This document shows, piece by piece, positions 39,191-47,519 of a stretch of 64,000 nucleotides of DNA. Where the stretch lies: positions 65,428-129,427 of the forward strand of contig CBDFLP010000020.1 in assembly GCA_965249325.1 (NCBI GenBank), read 5' to 3'. The notes beneath the pieces are model-generated. The model ran no database searches. It was not told the DNA's origin and saw only the letters and a list, made by a program, of their open reading frames with translations. Origin of the DNA: Dehalococcoidia bacterium. GTDB taxonomy: Bacteria; Chloroflexota; Dehalococcoidia; Lucifugimonadales; Australimonadaceae. Position numbers and translations under genes: made by a program. Positions within the stretch are counted from its first letter, which is position 1. Each line of letters begins with the position of its first letter.

Positions 39191-39386
39191 CGCCGTCCTC
39201 CTCCTGGGTCAGCCAGAACACCGGCAGCGGCTCGACCGCGTCGGCATCGGCGTCTTCGAGCGCGGCGACGGCCTCGTTGATGGCGTTCACGCGATGAGTG
39301 ATCTCGTCGAGGTCCGCCGCGTCGAGGGGCGTCAAGTCGAGGGCTCGCAGCAGCGACTTCACCTCGTCAGTCGTCAGATCGGGCAT
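39180..39386 (-). CDS. Small GatC/AtzG-like (DUF4089-like) partner of the amidase
   Basis: 68 aa and acidic, with ...VEPLPVF near the C-terminus. GGAGG precedes the ATG at 39386, and the gene overlaps the amidase start by 11 nt. Confidence 0.5.
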   Translation of the reverse strand: MPDLTTDEVKSLLRALDLTPLDAADLDEITHRVNAINEAVAALEDADADAVEPLPVFWLTQEEDGDGR

Positions 39387-39419
39387 ACGTCGTCCTCCGT
39401 CACAGGCAGGCGTCGGCGG

Positions 39420-39489
39420 GCATTCTACGCCGTCGCCCCCTCCCGCAGACGGGCGAGGGAGGCCGAGAGGGGGCGACGGCGTAGAATGC
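39420..39489. promoter_or_regulatory. 23-bp perfect inverted repeat in a divergent intergenic region
   Basis: GCATTCTACGCCGTCGCCCCCTC (39420-39442) and GAGGGGGCGACGGCGTAGAATGC (39467-39489), separated by 24 nt. It lies between the starts at 39386 (-) and 39511 (+). Confidence 0.7.
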
Positions 39490-39510
39490 CTTAGCCGCAG
39501 GGAGGGACGA

Positions 39511-40341
39511 ATGGAGCTAGAGCCGGGCATACATCAGCTGACCATCGGGCGCGAGCCGTTTCCCGGCTTCCCCACGCCCAACTCGTTTCTCGTCTTCGGC
39601 GCGGACGCCTCGGTCCTCATCGACATGGGCTGGGAGAACGACGACGACCACCGCGCCCGCGTCGACTACCTCCGTGAGGTCAACGCGCCGCCCGTTTCCG
39701 AGATCATCATCACACATCGCCATCCCGACCACGGCGGCGGCGCGCTGCACATGCACCGCGAGACCGGCGCTCCCTTGTCCTGCCACCCGAACGATCGTGA
39801 GGTCATCGAGCGCGACCGCCTCCACGGCGAGCTCGAAGTCTCCACGGAGCTCCAAGGCGGGGAGCGGCGCGAGCTTGGGGGCCTGTCCATCGATGTCGTG
39901 TTCGCGCCCGGCCACACCTCCGGCAGCCTCGCGCTCTACGTCCCTGAGCGCAGCGCCCTCTTCACCTCCGACACGGTCATGGGCGTCTCCACCACTGCTA
40001 TCAACCCGCGCGACGGCAGCCTCGCTAAGTACATGCAGACCCTCGACCTCTTCAAGGAGGTCGGCGCGCGGGTCATGTACACGGGCCACGGAGCGCCGGT
40101 CAAGGACCCGGCCGGTCGCCTCGACGCCCTCATCATCCACCGCCAAGAGCGGGAGGTCGCAATCCTGAAGGAGCTCGCGGACGGCCCCCTCACCCCCGCC
40201 GAGCTGCGCGCCCGCATCTACACCAACCTTCCTCAGGCCCGCGAGTCCCTCGCCGAGCGCCAGATACTCACCACCCTCGTCAAGCTCATCGACGATCAGG
40301 CTGTCGTCGCCGAAGAGAACGACCGCTACGCTCTACGCTAG
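39511..40341 (+). CDS. MBL-fold metallo-hydrolase
   Basis: THRHPDHGGG metal motif, with GGAGGGA before the ATG at 39511. Confidence 0.85.
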   Translation: MELEPGIHQLTIGREPFPGFPTPNSFLVFGADASVLIDMGWENDDDHRARVDYLREVNAPPVSEIIITHRHPDHGGGALHMHRETGAPLSCHPNDREVIERDRLHGELEVSTELQGGERRELGGLSIDVVFAPGHTSGSLALYVPERSALFTSDTVMGVSTTAINPRDGSLAKYMQTLDLFKEVGARVMYTGHGAPVKDPAGRLDALIIHRQEREVAILKELADGPLTPAELRARIYTNLPQARESLAERQILTTLVKLIDDQAVVAEENDRYALR

Positions 40342-40422
40342 CGCGGGCTCTGAACAACTTATGGTGCTCCGGGAGAACTCCCCGAACCCCTCGCCATGAG
40401 GGGCCGACAGACGGCGCGCTAC

Positions 40423-40872
40423 TCAGGCTTCCTCGATGAGGAGGTCATCCAAGATGACGAGAGGCAGTTCTCGGACGCGGCGGAAGTCGCTGTCGTTGGT
40501 AATGAAGAGTGAGCAACCGGAACGAAGCGCCGTAGCAGCGTGGAGGGCATCAGATGCCTTCAAACCCGTCGCTGCACGGATACGAGCCGCGTCTTCCCAA
40601 ACTGGAAGCGTGGCGGGAACGAGGCCCAACTCCTCAGCCCCAAGGATGGAGCGAAACAGCATCTCTAGGCGAGCGTTGCCGTCCCGCAAGGGTTTGATGA
40701 GCGTTTCCAAGACGACAAGCTCACTGCTGGCAAGCGAGAATCGGCCCGGCCTAGCTTCCTCCCACATCGGGATCAGCAATCCATGGTATGGCTCGATGCG
40801 CTCCACGCTGTAGATGACCGCATTGGCGTCTATATAGACAGACCCACTCGCGGGCAGTGTCAGCGTCCCCAT
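40423..40872 (-). CDS. PIN-domain toxin (VapC-like)
   Basis: YIDANAVIY (N-terminal Asp) and ITNDSDFRRV (C-terminal Asp) motifs. It overlaps the upstream small gene by 13 nt. Confidence 0.8.
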   Translation of the reverse strand: MGTLTLPASGSVYIDANAVIYSVERIEPYHGLLIPMWEEARPGRFSLASSELVVLETLIKPLRDGNARLEMLFRSILGAEELGLVPATLPVWEDAARIRAATGLKASDALHAATALRSGCSLFITNDSDFRRVRELPLVILDDLLIEEA

Positions 40873-41093
40873 GATTCCTTCTCTTCCTTCAAGTAGGTGG
40901 CTACGTCCTCAGGGGTTTTGAAGACCAGGCCCCCCGGCGCTTCGTTCAAGATGTCGATGGCGGACCGCCGCTTTGCAGGTGAGGCAGGACTCACTACCAC
41001 GTTCACTACCTCTCCTACCTCCAGCTGCCGGTCCACGATCTCGATCTTCCTCCCAGGCTGTACGGTTGCCCGTATGTGAAGCGTCTCCTGCAT
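40860..41093 (-). CDS. Antitoxin candidate paired with the PIN toxin
   Basis: 77-aa ORF overlapping the toxin start. This is an operon-position argument; no specific family was recognised. Confidence 0.5.
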   Translation of the reverse strand: MQETLHIRATVQPGRKIEIVDRQLEVGEVVNVVVSPASPAKRRSAIDILNEAPGGLVFKTPEDVATYLKEEKESWGR

Positions 41094-41470
41094 TGCTTCC
41101 TCCCTCCCTCGGTGGGCGCTTGCACACTCACGAGTTCCCACGTCAGGTATCCAGACGGAGCGCGGCTATGTGGCTATGCCGCGTCCACGGGGACTCATTT
41201 CAGCCCTTCTCCAACGGTCTCGAACTCCTGCAAGGCGGAGTCCAGTTCGTCCGCTCCGCCGGAGTCCAGGCGCGCCTATCAGGTGGTCCAGCGCAGGGCC
41301 GATAGTATCCGCGCCTCCCCTGTCGTTCGAGTGCGGGCAACTGGCGGGGGCGCCGGCTATCCCGGCAAGGAGGGCCGCCTGCGACATTCGCCCCTTACTC
41401 CAATGCCCCTGCCTCCTCTACCATGTTTGCTCCAGGCCGCTGGAGAGGCGTCGGGCCTGCTCGCGAGTAA

Positions 41471-41590
41471 ATTGCGCAGAATTGCGCGCCGTTGCGCACT
41501 TTTGCTGCCCTCCACTCGTAAGCCTGCGCATTTTACGAGTGATTGACAGCGCAATTTCAGGCCAATTCGGCCCCAAACGCGCGCAACTCC
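41471..41590 (+). promoter_or_regulatory. Array of (A/G)TTGCGC motifs upstream of lysA
   Basis: ATTGCGC at 41471 and 41481 and GTTGCGC at 41491 have exact 10-bp spacing. Inverted GCGCAA copies lie at about 41549 and 41581. Confidence 0.45.
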
Positions 41591-41659
41591 GCCCGCGCCG
41601 TTGTGCCCTCCGAGACCCCGGCGATAGACTGAATCTCCCATCCACGTTAGGAGCAGCAC

Positions 41660-42976
41660 GTGTCCACTCCCCTTCCCTCGAAAGTCTTCCCCCGCACGAC
41701 CGCCATCAATGACGCCGACCACCTGGAGATCGGCGGATGCGACGTCGCGGACCTCGTCCGCGAATACGGCACGCCCCTCTACGTCTTCGACGAGGCCACG
41801 CTCCGAGGACAGGCGGAGGGCTTCCTGACCGCGTTCCGCTCGCGGTATCCCGAGAGCCGCGTCGTCTACGCCTGCAAGGCGTTCATCAACGTCGGTCTGG
41901 CCAGGTACTTCGCGGGGCTCGGCCTCGGCTTCGACGTCGTCTCCGGCGGCGAGCTCGCCGTACTGAAGGCCGCCGGCGTCGACCTATCGACCATCGACTT
42001 CCACGGCAACAACAAGACCCCCCAGGAGATACGCGAGGCCGTCGATTTGGGCGTCGGACACTTCGTCGTCGACAGCTTTCACGAGCTCCGGGTCCTCGAT
42101 GATGCGGCGGGCGCCGCCGGGCGCGCCCAGCCCGTCCTCATCCGCGTATCTCCCTCCATTGACCCCCACACCCACCGGCTCACCACCACCGGCGTGCTCG
42201 ACAGCAAGTTCGGATTCCCCATCGAGACCGGCCAAGCCGATCAGGCCGTCCGCGATGTGATGGCCGCGCGGAACCTCGACCTCCAGGGTCTGCATTTCCA
42301 CCTCGGCTCGCCCATCTTCGAGCTCGAGCCTTACACGGAGGCCATCGAGCGGGTCCTCCGGTTCGCCGCGCAGATGCGCGAGTACGGGCTGGACCTCAAA
42401 CGCTTCAGCCCCGGCGGCGGGTTCGCCATCGCCTACACCGAGGAGGACGAGCCCCCGTCGCAGGACGCCTACGCCGAGGCCATCGTCGGCGCGCTGATCG
42501 AGGGCTGCGAGGCGAACCGCCTCCCCCGGCCCGAGCTCACCATCGAGCCTGGACGCTCCCTCTCCGGCCCCGCCGGCGTCGCCGTCTACACTGTCGGCGC
42601 CATCAAGGAGATCCCCGGCGTCCGCACCTACGTCTCCGTCGATGGCGGCATGGGCGACAACATCCGCCCCGCGCTCTACGGCTCGCGGTACATCGCCATA
42701 GCCGCGACTCGCCCGTCCGCTCCCGCCGGCGAAACCGTCACTATTGCAGGTAAGTACTGCGAGTCGGGCGACGTGCTGGTCAGGGACGCCGCGCTCGCCA
42801 AGGTGCAGGCCGGCGACCTCATAGCCATCCCCGCCTCCGGCGCCTACGCTCCGTCGATGGCCAGCACCTACAACCTGAACGGCAGGCCCGCTATCGTCAT
42901 GGCCGCGGACGGCAAGGCGTCCCTCATCCGACGGCGCGAGTCCTACCAGGACATGATGGCCCAGGACGTCGTGTAG
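41660..42976 (+). CDS. lysA: Diaminopimelate decarboxylase
   Basis: 438 aa with a GTG start. YACKAF (PLP Lys), HFHLGS, SPGGGF, EPGRS and CESGD motifs. Confidence 0.9.
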   Translation: MSTPLPSKVFPRTTAINDADHLEIGGCDVADLVREYGTPLYVFDEATLRGQAEGFLTAFRSRYPESRVVYACKAFINVGLARYFAGLGLGFDVVSGGELAVLKAAGVDLSTIDFHGNNKTPQEIREAVDLGVGHFVVDSFHELRVLDDAAGAAGRAQPVLIRVSPSIDPHTHRLTTTGVLDSKFGFPIETGQADQAVRDVMAARNLDLQGLHFHLGSPIFELEPYTEAIERVLRFAAQMREYGLDLKRFSPGGGFAIAYTEEDEPPSQDAYAEAIVGALIEGCEANRLPRPELTIEPGRSLSGPAGVAVYTVGAIKEIPGVRTYVSVDGGMGDNIRPALYGSRYIAIAATRPSAPAGETVTIAGKYCESGDVLVRDAALAKVQAGDLIAIPASGAYAPSMASTYNLNGRPAIVMAADGKASLIRRRESYQDMMAQDVV

Positions 42977-42977
42977 C

Positions 42978-43991
42978 GTGCTCCGGCTTCACGGCCAGGA
43001 GCTCGCCGTCCGGACGTTGGAGCGTTCCCTTGCCGGGGGCCGGCTGCACCACGCCTACCTCTTCGCGGGCCCCGCCCACTTGGGCAAGACGACCCTCGCC
43101 GTCCAGTTCGCCCAAGCGTTGAACTGCACGGGCGAGACGCCGCCGTGCGGCGCCTGCGGCCCCTGCTCGCGCGTACTCTCCGGCGCCCACGCGGACGTGC
43201 AGCAGATAAGCGTCGACCCCGACGCAACGGAGGGACCGCGCACCATCATCGGCATCGAGGCCGTCCGCGATCTCATCGGCTCCGCGCACCTCCGTCCCTA
43301 CGAGGGCCGCACCCGCGTCTTCATCATCCTGTCCGCCGACCGTATGAGCGCGGAGGCCTCCAACGCCCTGCTCAAAGTCCTCGAAGAACCCCCGCCGGAC
43401 GTGGTCATCGTCCTTGTCAGCGACAACGCCGACGCCATACTGCCGACCGTCCGCTCGCGGTGCCAGACCCTGGAGTTCCGGCCCCTGCCGGTGGACGAGG
43501 TTGCGCGCATACTCCGCGACGAGGAAGGGGTGGGGGCCGAGCAAGCCGAGGTCCTCGCCAGGCTGTCCCGCGGGTGCGTCGGCTGGGCAATCGGCGCGAG
43601 CCGAGACGATGCGCTCTACGCCACCGTTCACCAACGCCTCGAACGCATAGCCGATGTCGTCGAGGGCGGCTTGGAGACGCGTTTCGCTTACTCCGACGAC
43701 GTCGCTCGCCGTTTCCAGCGCGACCGCGCCCTGGGCCGCGAGGACCTCTACCTCTGGCTGCGATGGCTGCGCGACATCCTGCTTATCCAGCACGGCCAGG
43801 GCGACCGTATCGTGAACCTCTCGTGGCGCGACACCTTGGAAAAGCAGGCCGCTGCGCTAACCCCAGGCGACGCAGTCCGCTGGACCCACGGCGTCACGCG
43901 AACGATCGAGCTCCTCGACCGCAACGCCAACCCCCGCCTGGCCCTTGAAGCCATGATGCTGGAAGCCCCCAAGCTCGCCATGAAGTCCTAG
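42978..43991 (+). CDS. holB: DNA polymerase III subunit delta'
   Basis: HAYLFAGPAHLGKTT, the Zn-module-like CGACGPC, and SRCQTLEF. Confidence 0.85.
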   Translation: MLRLHGQELAVRTLERSLAGGRLHHAYLFAGPAHLGKTTLAVQFAQALNCTGETPPCGACGPCSRVLSGAHADVQQISVDPDATEGPRTIIGIEAVRDLIGSAHLRPYEGRTRVFIILSADRMSAEASNALLKVLEEPPPDVVIVLVSDNADAILPTVRSRCQTLEFRPLPVDEVARILRDEEGVGAEQAEVLARLSRGCVGWAIGASRDDALYATVHQRLERIADVVEGGLETRFAYSDDVARRFQRDRALGREDLYLWLRWLRDILLIQHGQGDRIVNLSWRDTLEKQAAALTPGDAVRWTHGVTRTIELLDRNANPRLALEAMMLEAPKLAMKS

Positions 43992-44074
43992 GGCGCTCGC
44001 GGGTTATCGCAGGCAGGAGAGTATGCCAGGGGAAGCTTATCGGTCGTGTAGAATGGGGCTGGGTGAGGTGAGCG

Positions 44075-44694
44075 ATGGCCACAGGGGCCCAGAAGACTCT
44101 GCTAACAGCCGGGGAGTTGCCTGCCCTTTCGTCCCGCCTCTCGTCTGAGGGGAAGCGCGCTGAGCTTGTTGAAGGAGAGCTTATCGTCATGGTGCCTGCG
44201 GACGGGAGACATGGCCGCATCGCCAACACGATTGCTTATTTCCTTACGAGTTTCAGCCTCAGCGGCCACGGCGGAACGGTCTTCGCCGCTGAGACGGGCT
44301 TCCTGCTGCGGCGCGACCCCGATACGGTTCGAGCGCCCGACGTGGCGTTCATCAGCAGCGATCGGCTTGGACCGGACGACGCGCCGCCGGGATACCTAGA
44401 GATGCCCCCGGACCTCGCGGTGGAGGTGGTGTCCCCCAATGACTCCGCCGCCTCTGTCCAAAGCAAGGTCGAGGACTGGCTAGGCGCTGGGACGCGGCTC
44501 GTTTGGGTTGTGTACCCCGACACGCAGTCGGTGGCCGTCTACCGTTCCCTGCATGAGGCCGAGGTGCTCTCGGGGCCGGATGCTCTGGATGGGGGGCCGT
44601 GCTTTCCGACTTCGCCGTGCCGGTGCGCGACCTGTTCCGCAGCAAGGGCAGCCTCGCTCCTAGCCTCCGTTGGAACCCCAGGGCACGACCATGA
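44075..44694 (+). pseudogene. Uma2-family (DUF820) endonuclease, frameshifted at a G-run near 44591-44596
   Basis: ELVEGELIVM...PDVAF...PDLAVEVVSPND core. After ...ALDGG the family-typical end VLSDFAVPVRDLFRS... is in the next frame, with its stop at 44692-44694. Confidence 0.65.
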
Positions 44695-45280
44695 CGCGAG
44701 GCCAAGTCTGACGCCAGCGGTCGGCTTTCTCCTGGTACCGCCAGGGCAGGTCGAGCCGATAGTTGGGCCGGACGACCATCGCAAAGACATCGTCGAGCCC
44801 GAATGGGGCGTACACGTCGTAGTCTCCATCGGGAGCCCGGCGGAGTCCGAGGGCCGAACACCGGGTCAAGAAACTGTCGATGCCCTCCCGCGTGCTGTGC
44901 AACGGATCGTGGGGGAGCCCGAACTTCTCGGGGTACCAGAGGTGGACGCGGGCCTGATTGCGGACCTGTACGTCGACATCCAAGTCCGCGAAGGCTGCTG
45001 CGCAACGTTGGATGACCCGGTCCTCCGCCTCCCAGCTGAGGTCATCGAGGTCGCAGTAGAGGATGTCGTAGTCAGTGATGCCGTGGGTTGGCGGGAACCC
45101 GCTCTCGTGGTTCCAGATGGCCTGGCAGAGGCATCCGGCGGCGAGGTAGCAGTCCGGCAGCGCCAACTCCGCCAGACGGTCCACCAGAGTCCGGGTGGTC
45201 TCATTCCCGAGAACGATATCGAGGAACCGCGCGCGGAGGTCCGGCTGTACGTGAGAGGTCGTCATTGCTACAAGTCTCAT
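44660..45280 (-). CDS. Nucleotidyltransferase-family protein
   Basis: About 206 aa. CYLAAGCLCQAIWN...DYDILYCD pattern of the small NTase family. The long N-terminal ORF-track extension is read-through. Confidence 0.55.
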   Translation of the reverse strand: MRLVAMTTSHVQPDLRARFLDIVLGNETTRTLVDRLAELALPDCYLAAGCLCQAIWNHESGFPPTHGITDYDILYCDLDDLSWEAEDRVIQRCAAAFADLDVDVQVRNQARVHLWYPEKFGLPHDPLHSTREGIDSFLTRCSALGLRRAPDGDYDVYAPFGLDDVFAMVVRPNYRLDLPWRYQEKADRWRQTWPRVMVVPWGSNGG

Positions 45281-45327
45281 GGTACGCCGCCGAGGGGGCC
45301 GGAGTAAGGGGCGGACGTCCGCTGCGC

Positions 45328-46365
45328 TCAGTGGGAGGAGGCCAGTTCCCGGTAGAGAGCTTCGTAACCGTCGACCATGCGCTGGTAGGTGAAGCGCTCC
45401 TCGGCGTGAGCGCGGACGGCGCGACGGTCGAGGGACGCGGCCGTGGGCAGCGCGCGAGCTGCCTCCGCCTCGGAACCCACGATGAGGCCCGAAACGCCGT
45501 CCGCGACGATCTCCGGGGCGGAGCCCCGCTCGAATGCGACGACCGGCGTGCCGCACGCCATCGCCTCGACCATCGCTAGACCGAACGGCTCGTCCCATTG
45601 CAGTGGAAAGAGGAACGCCTTGGCCCTGGATACGATGTCGAGCACCTGGGCGTTCGGCGCCTCGGGTATGTGGACGACGCGGTCGCCGTCGACGTACGGC
45701 AGCACCTGCTCTTCGTAGAAGGCGCGGCTCCAAGGGAGGTATCGCGTCGCCGGCCCAATCAGGACCAGCCGTTCGCCGGCCGCCTTGGCGATGCGTATGG
45801 CCTCTGCAATGCCCTTCGTGGGCGTCATGCGAGCGACGAGGACGAGGTAGTCCTCAGGCGCGGGATTGAACGGGATGCGCGCCATGTCCAGGCCGTTGTA
45901 GACGACGGGCAGGCTGGGCTCGCCGAGGAGCACGGCCTGCTTCCGGCTGACGCAAACGGGGTGGAGGCCGGGAATCTCGCGACGGTAGTAGTCGTGCAGG
46001 GATTGCTCGATGTAGTGGTACGTGATGAGCGTGGGCGTCGTCGTGAAGGAGGCGAAGTAGGGTGCGAGCACGGGCCAGTGGGCGTGGATGACGTCGTACT
46101 CGCCGCCGGTCCGGTACAGCTCGAACGCGTTCCTCGTCTCCATCTCCTTCTCGATGTACAGCGTCATGTCCGGCTGGTCGAGGGTCGCCTGCTCGACGAC
46201 GGAATGGAGCGTCCCGGCGGTGCGCGAGTCGCCCGAGGCGTACAGGTGTATGTCGTGTCCGCGCCGCGCAAGCTCCTCGGTCACGAGGCTGACGATCATC
46301 TCGGTTCCGCCGTGGGTCGGCGGGGGAACGGGGATGTAGATGCTGGTTATCTGGGCGATGCGCAT
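45328..46365 (-). CDS. Glycosyltransferase family 4 (GT-B fold)
   Basis: N-terminal PPPTHGGTEM and C-terminal E(x7)E-like PLQWDEPFGLAMVEAMACGTPVV. Confidence 0.85.
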   Translation of the reverse strand: MRIAQITSIYIPVPPPTHGGTEMIVSLVTEELARRGHDIHLYASGDSRTAGTLHSVVEQATLDQPDMTLYIEKEMETRNAFELYRTGGEYDVIHAHWPVLAPYFASFTTTPTLITYHYIEQSLHDYYRREIPGLHPVCVSRKQAVLLGEPSLPVVYNGLDMARIPFNPAPEDYLVLVARMTPTKGIAEAIRIAKAAGERLVLIGPATRYLPWSRAFYEEQVLPYVDGDRVVHIPEAPNAQVLDIVSRAKAFLFPLQWDEPFGLAMVEAMACGTPVVAFERGSAPEIVADGVSGLIVGSEAEAARALPTAASLDRRAVRAHAEERFTYQRMVDGYEALYRELASSH

Positions 46366-46500
46366 GGATTGAGGGTAGTGAGGCGCGGGGCCCGACGCAA
46401 TCGTAGACATTGCTTCGGCGACAAGGGAGGCGGCGGGCGCATCGCTGCTAGAATCGGGCCCGCCAGATATGCCGGGATTCCGGCGGGGAGGCGAGTAGTC

Positions 46501-47496
46501 ATGACGCAACGAAGGTTTCAACCGATCGAGCGGAACCTGGCGATGGAGCTTGTCCGCGTGACCGAGGCGGCCGCGATGTCGGCGGCGCGCTACATGGGGT
46601 ACGGAGACAAGGAGCTGGTTGACCAGGCCGCCGTGGACGCGATGCGGCACACCTTGGACGGCATCAGTATGGACGGCATCGTTGTCATCGGCGAAGGAGA
46701 GAAGGACGAAGCGCCCATGCTCTACATCGGCGAGCACATAGGCGACGGCTCCGACCCCAAAGTGGACATCGCCGTGGACCCGATAGACGGCACGACGCTG
46801 TTATCGAAGGGACTGCCGGGGGCCATCGCCACGATGGCCTTGTCGGCCCAGGGCACCATGCACGTCCCCTCCGAGATCTTCTACATGGACAAGATCTGCG
46901 TTGGGCCCGGCGCCCGCGACGCCATCAACATTGACGCCAGCGTCGAGACCAATCTCACGAACGTCGCCGACGCGCTGGGGATGAGAGTGAGCGAGGTCAC
47001 GGTGGTGGTCCTCGACCGCCCCCGGCACGCCGATCTGCTACAGAAGATTCGTGACGTGGGCGCCCGCGTCAAGCTCATCTCGGACGGCGATATCGTCGCG
47101 GGCATCCAGGCTGCGATGCCCGACTCGGAGGTGCAGGTCGCGATGGGGGTCGGCGGCTCCCCGGAAGGAGTGCTCACGGCGGCGGCCATCCGCTGTACGG
47201 GCGGAGCGATCCAGTGCAGGCCGTGGCCGCGGTCGCCCGAAGAGCGCGAGGCCGCGATAGCCAAGGGCATCGACGTGGACCATATCTACCACACCGAAGA
47301 GCTGGTGGGCAGCGAGGACGTCTTCTTCTCGGCGACAGGGGCGAGCACCGGAGAGCTGCTGCGCGGCGTCCGCTTCTATGCGGGCGGCGCCACGACGCAG
47401 TCCCTGGTCATGCGCTCGCGCTCCGGCACCGTGCGCTGGATCGACTCGGTGCACAACTTCGAGCGGCTGGACAAGATCAGGTTCCACGAGGCGTAG
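46501..47496 (+). CDS. glpX: Class II fructose-1,6-bisphosphatase
   Basis: ERNLAMELVRVTEAAA...VDPIDGTT...GVGGSPEGV, typical of GlpX. The upstream part of the 632-aa ORF is antisense read-through of the GT4 gene. Confidence 0.9.
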   Translation: MTQRRFQPIERNLAMELVRVTEAAAMSAARYMGYGDKELVDQAAVDAMRHTLDGISMDGIVVIGEGEKDEAPMLYIGEHIGDGSDPKVDIAVDPIDGTTLLSKGLPGAIATMALSAQGTMHVPSEIFYMDKICVGPGARDAINIDASVETNLTNVADALGMRVSEVTVVVLDRPRHADLLQKIRDVGARVKLISDGDIVAGIQAAMPDSEVQVAMGVGGSPEGVLTAAAIRCTGGAIQCRPWPRSPEEREAAIAKGIDVDHIYHTEELVGSEDVFFSATGASTGELLRGVRFYAGGATTQSLVMRSRSGTVRWIDSVHNFERLDKIRFHEA

Positions 47497-47519
47497 GCGG
47501 GGGTCCGCCCTCGGCTCTG

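Noticed and set aside
41400-41659. Possible lysine (L-box) riboswitch in front of lysA, because of GGAGAGGCG...GAGTAA.
   Set aside because: Only two short consensus-like words were found. The other conserved L-box elements could not be located by eye, so a covariance-model search is needed.
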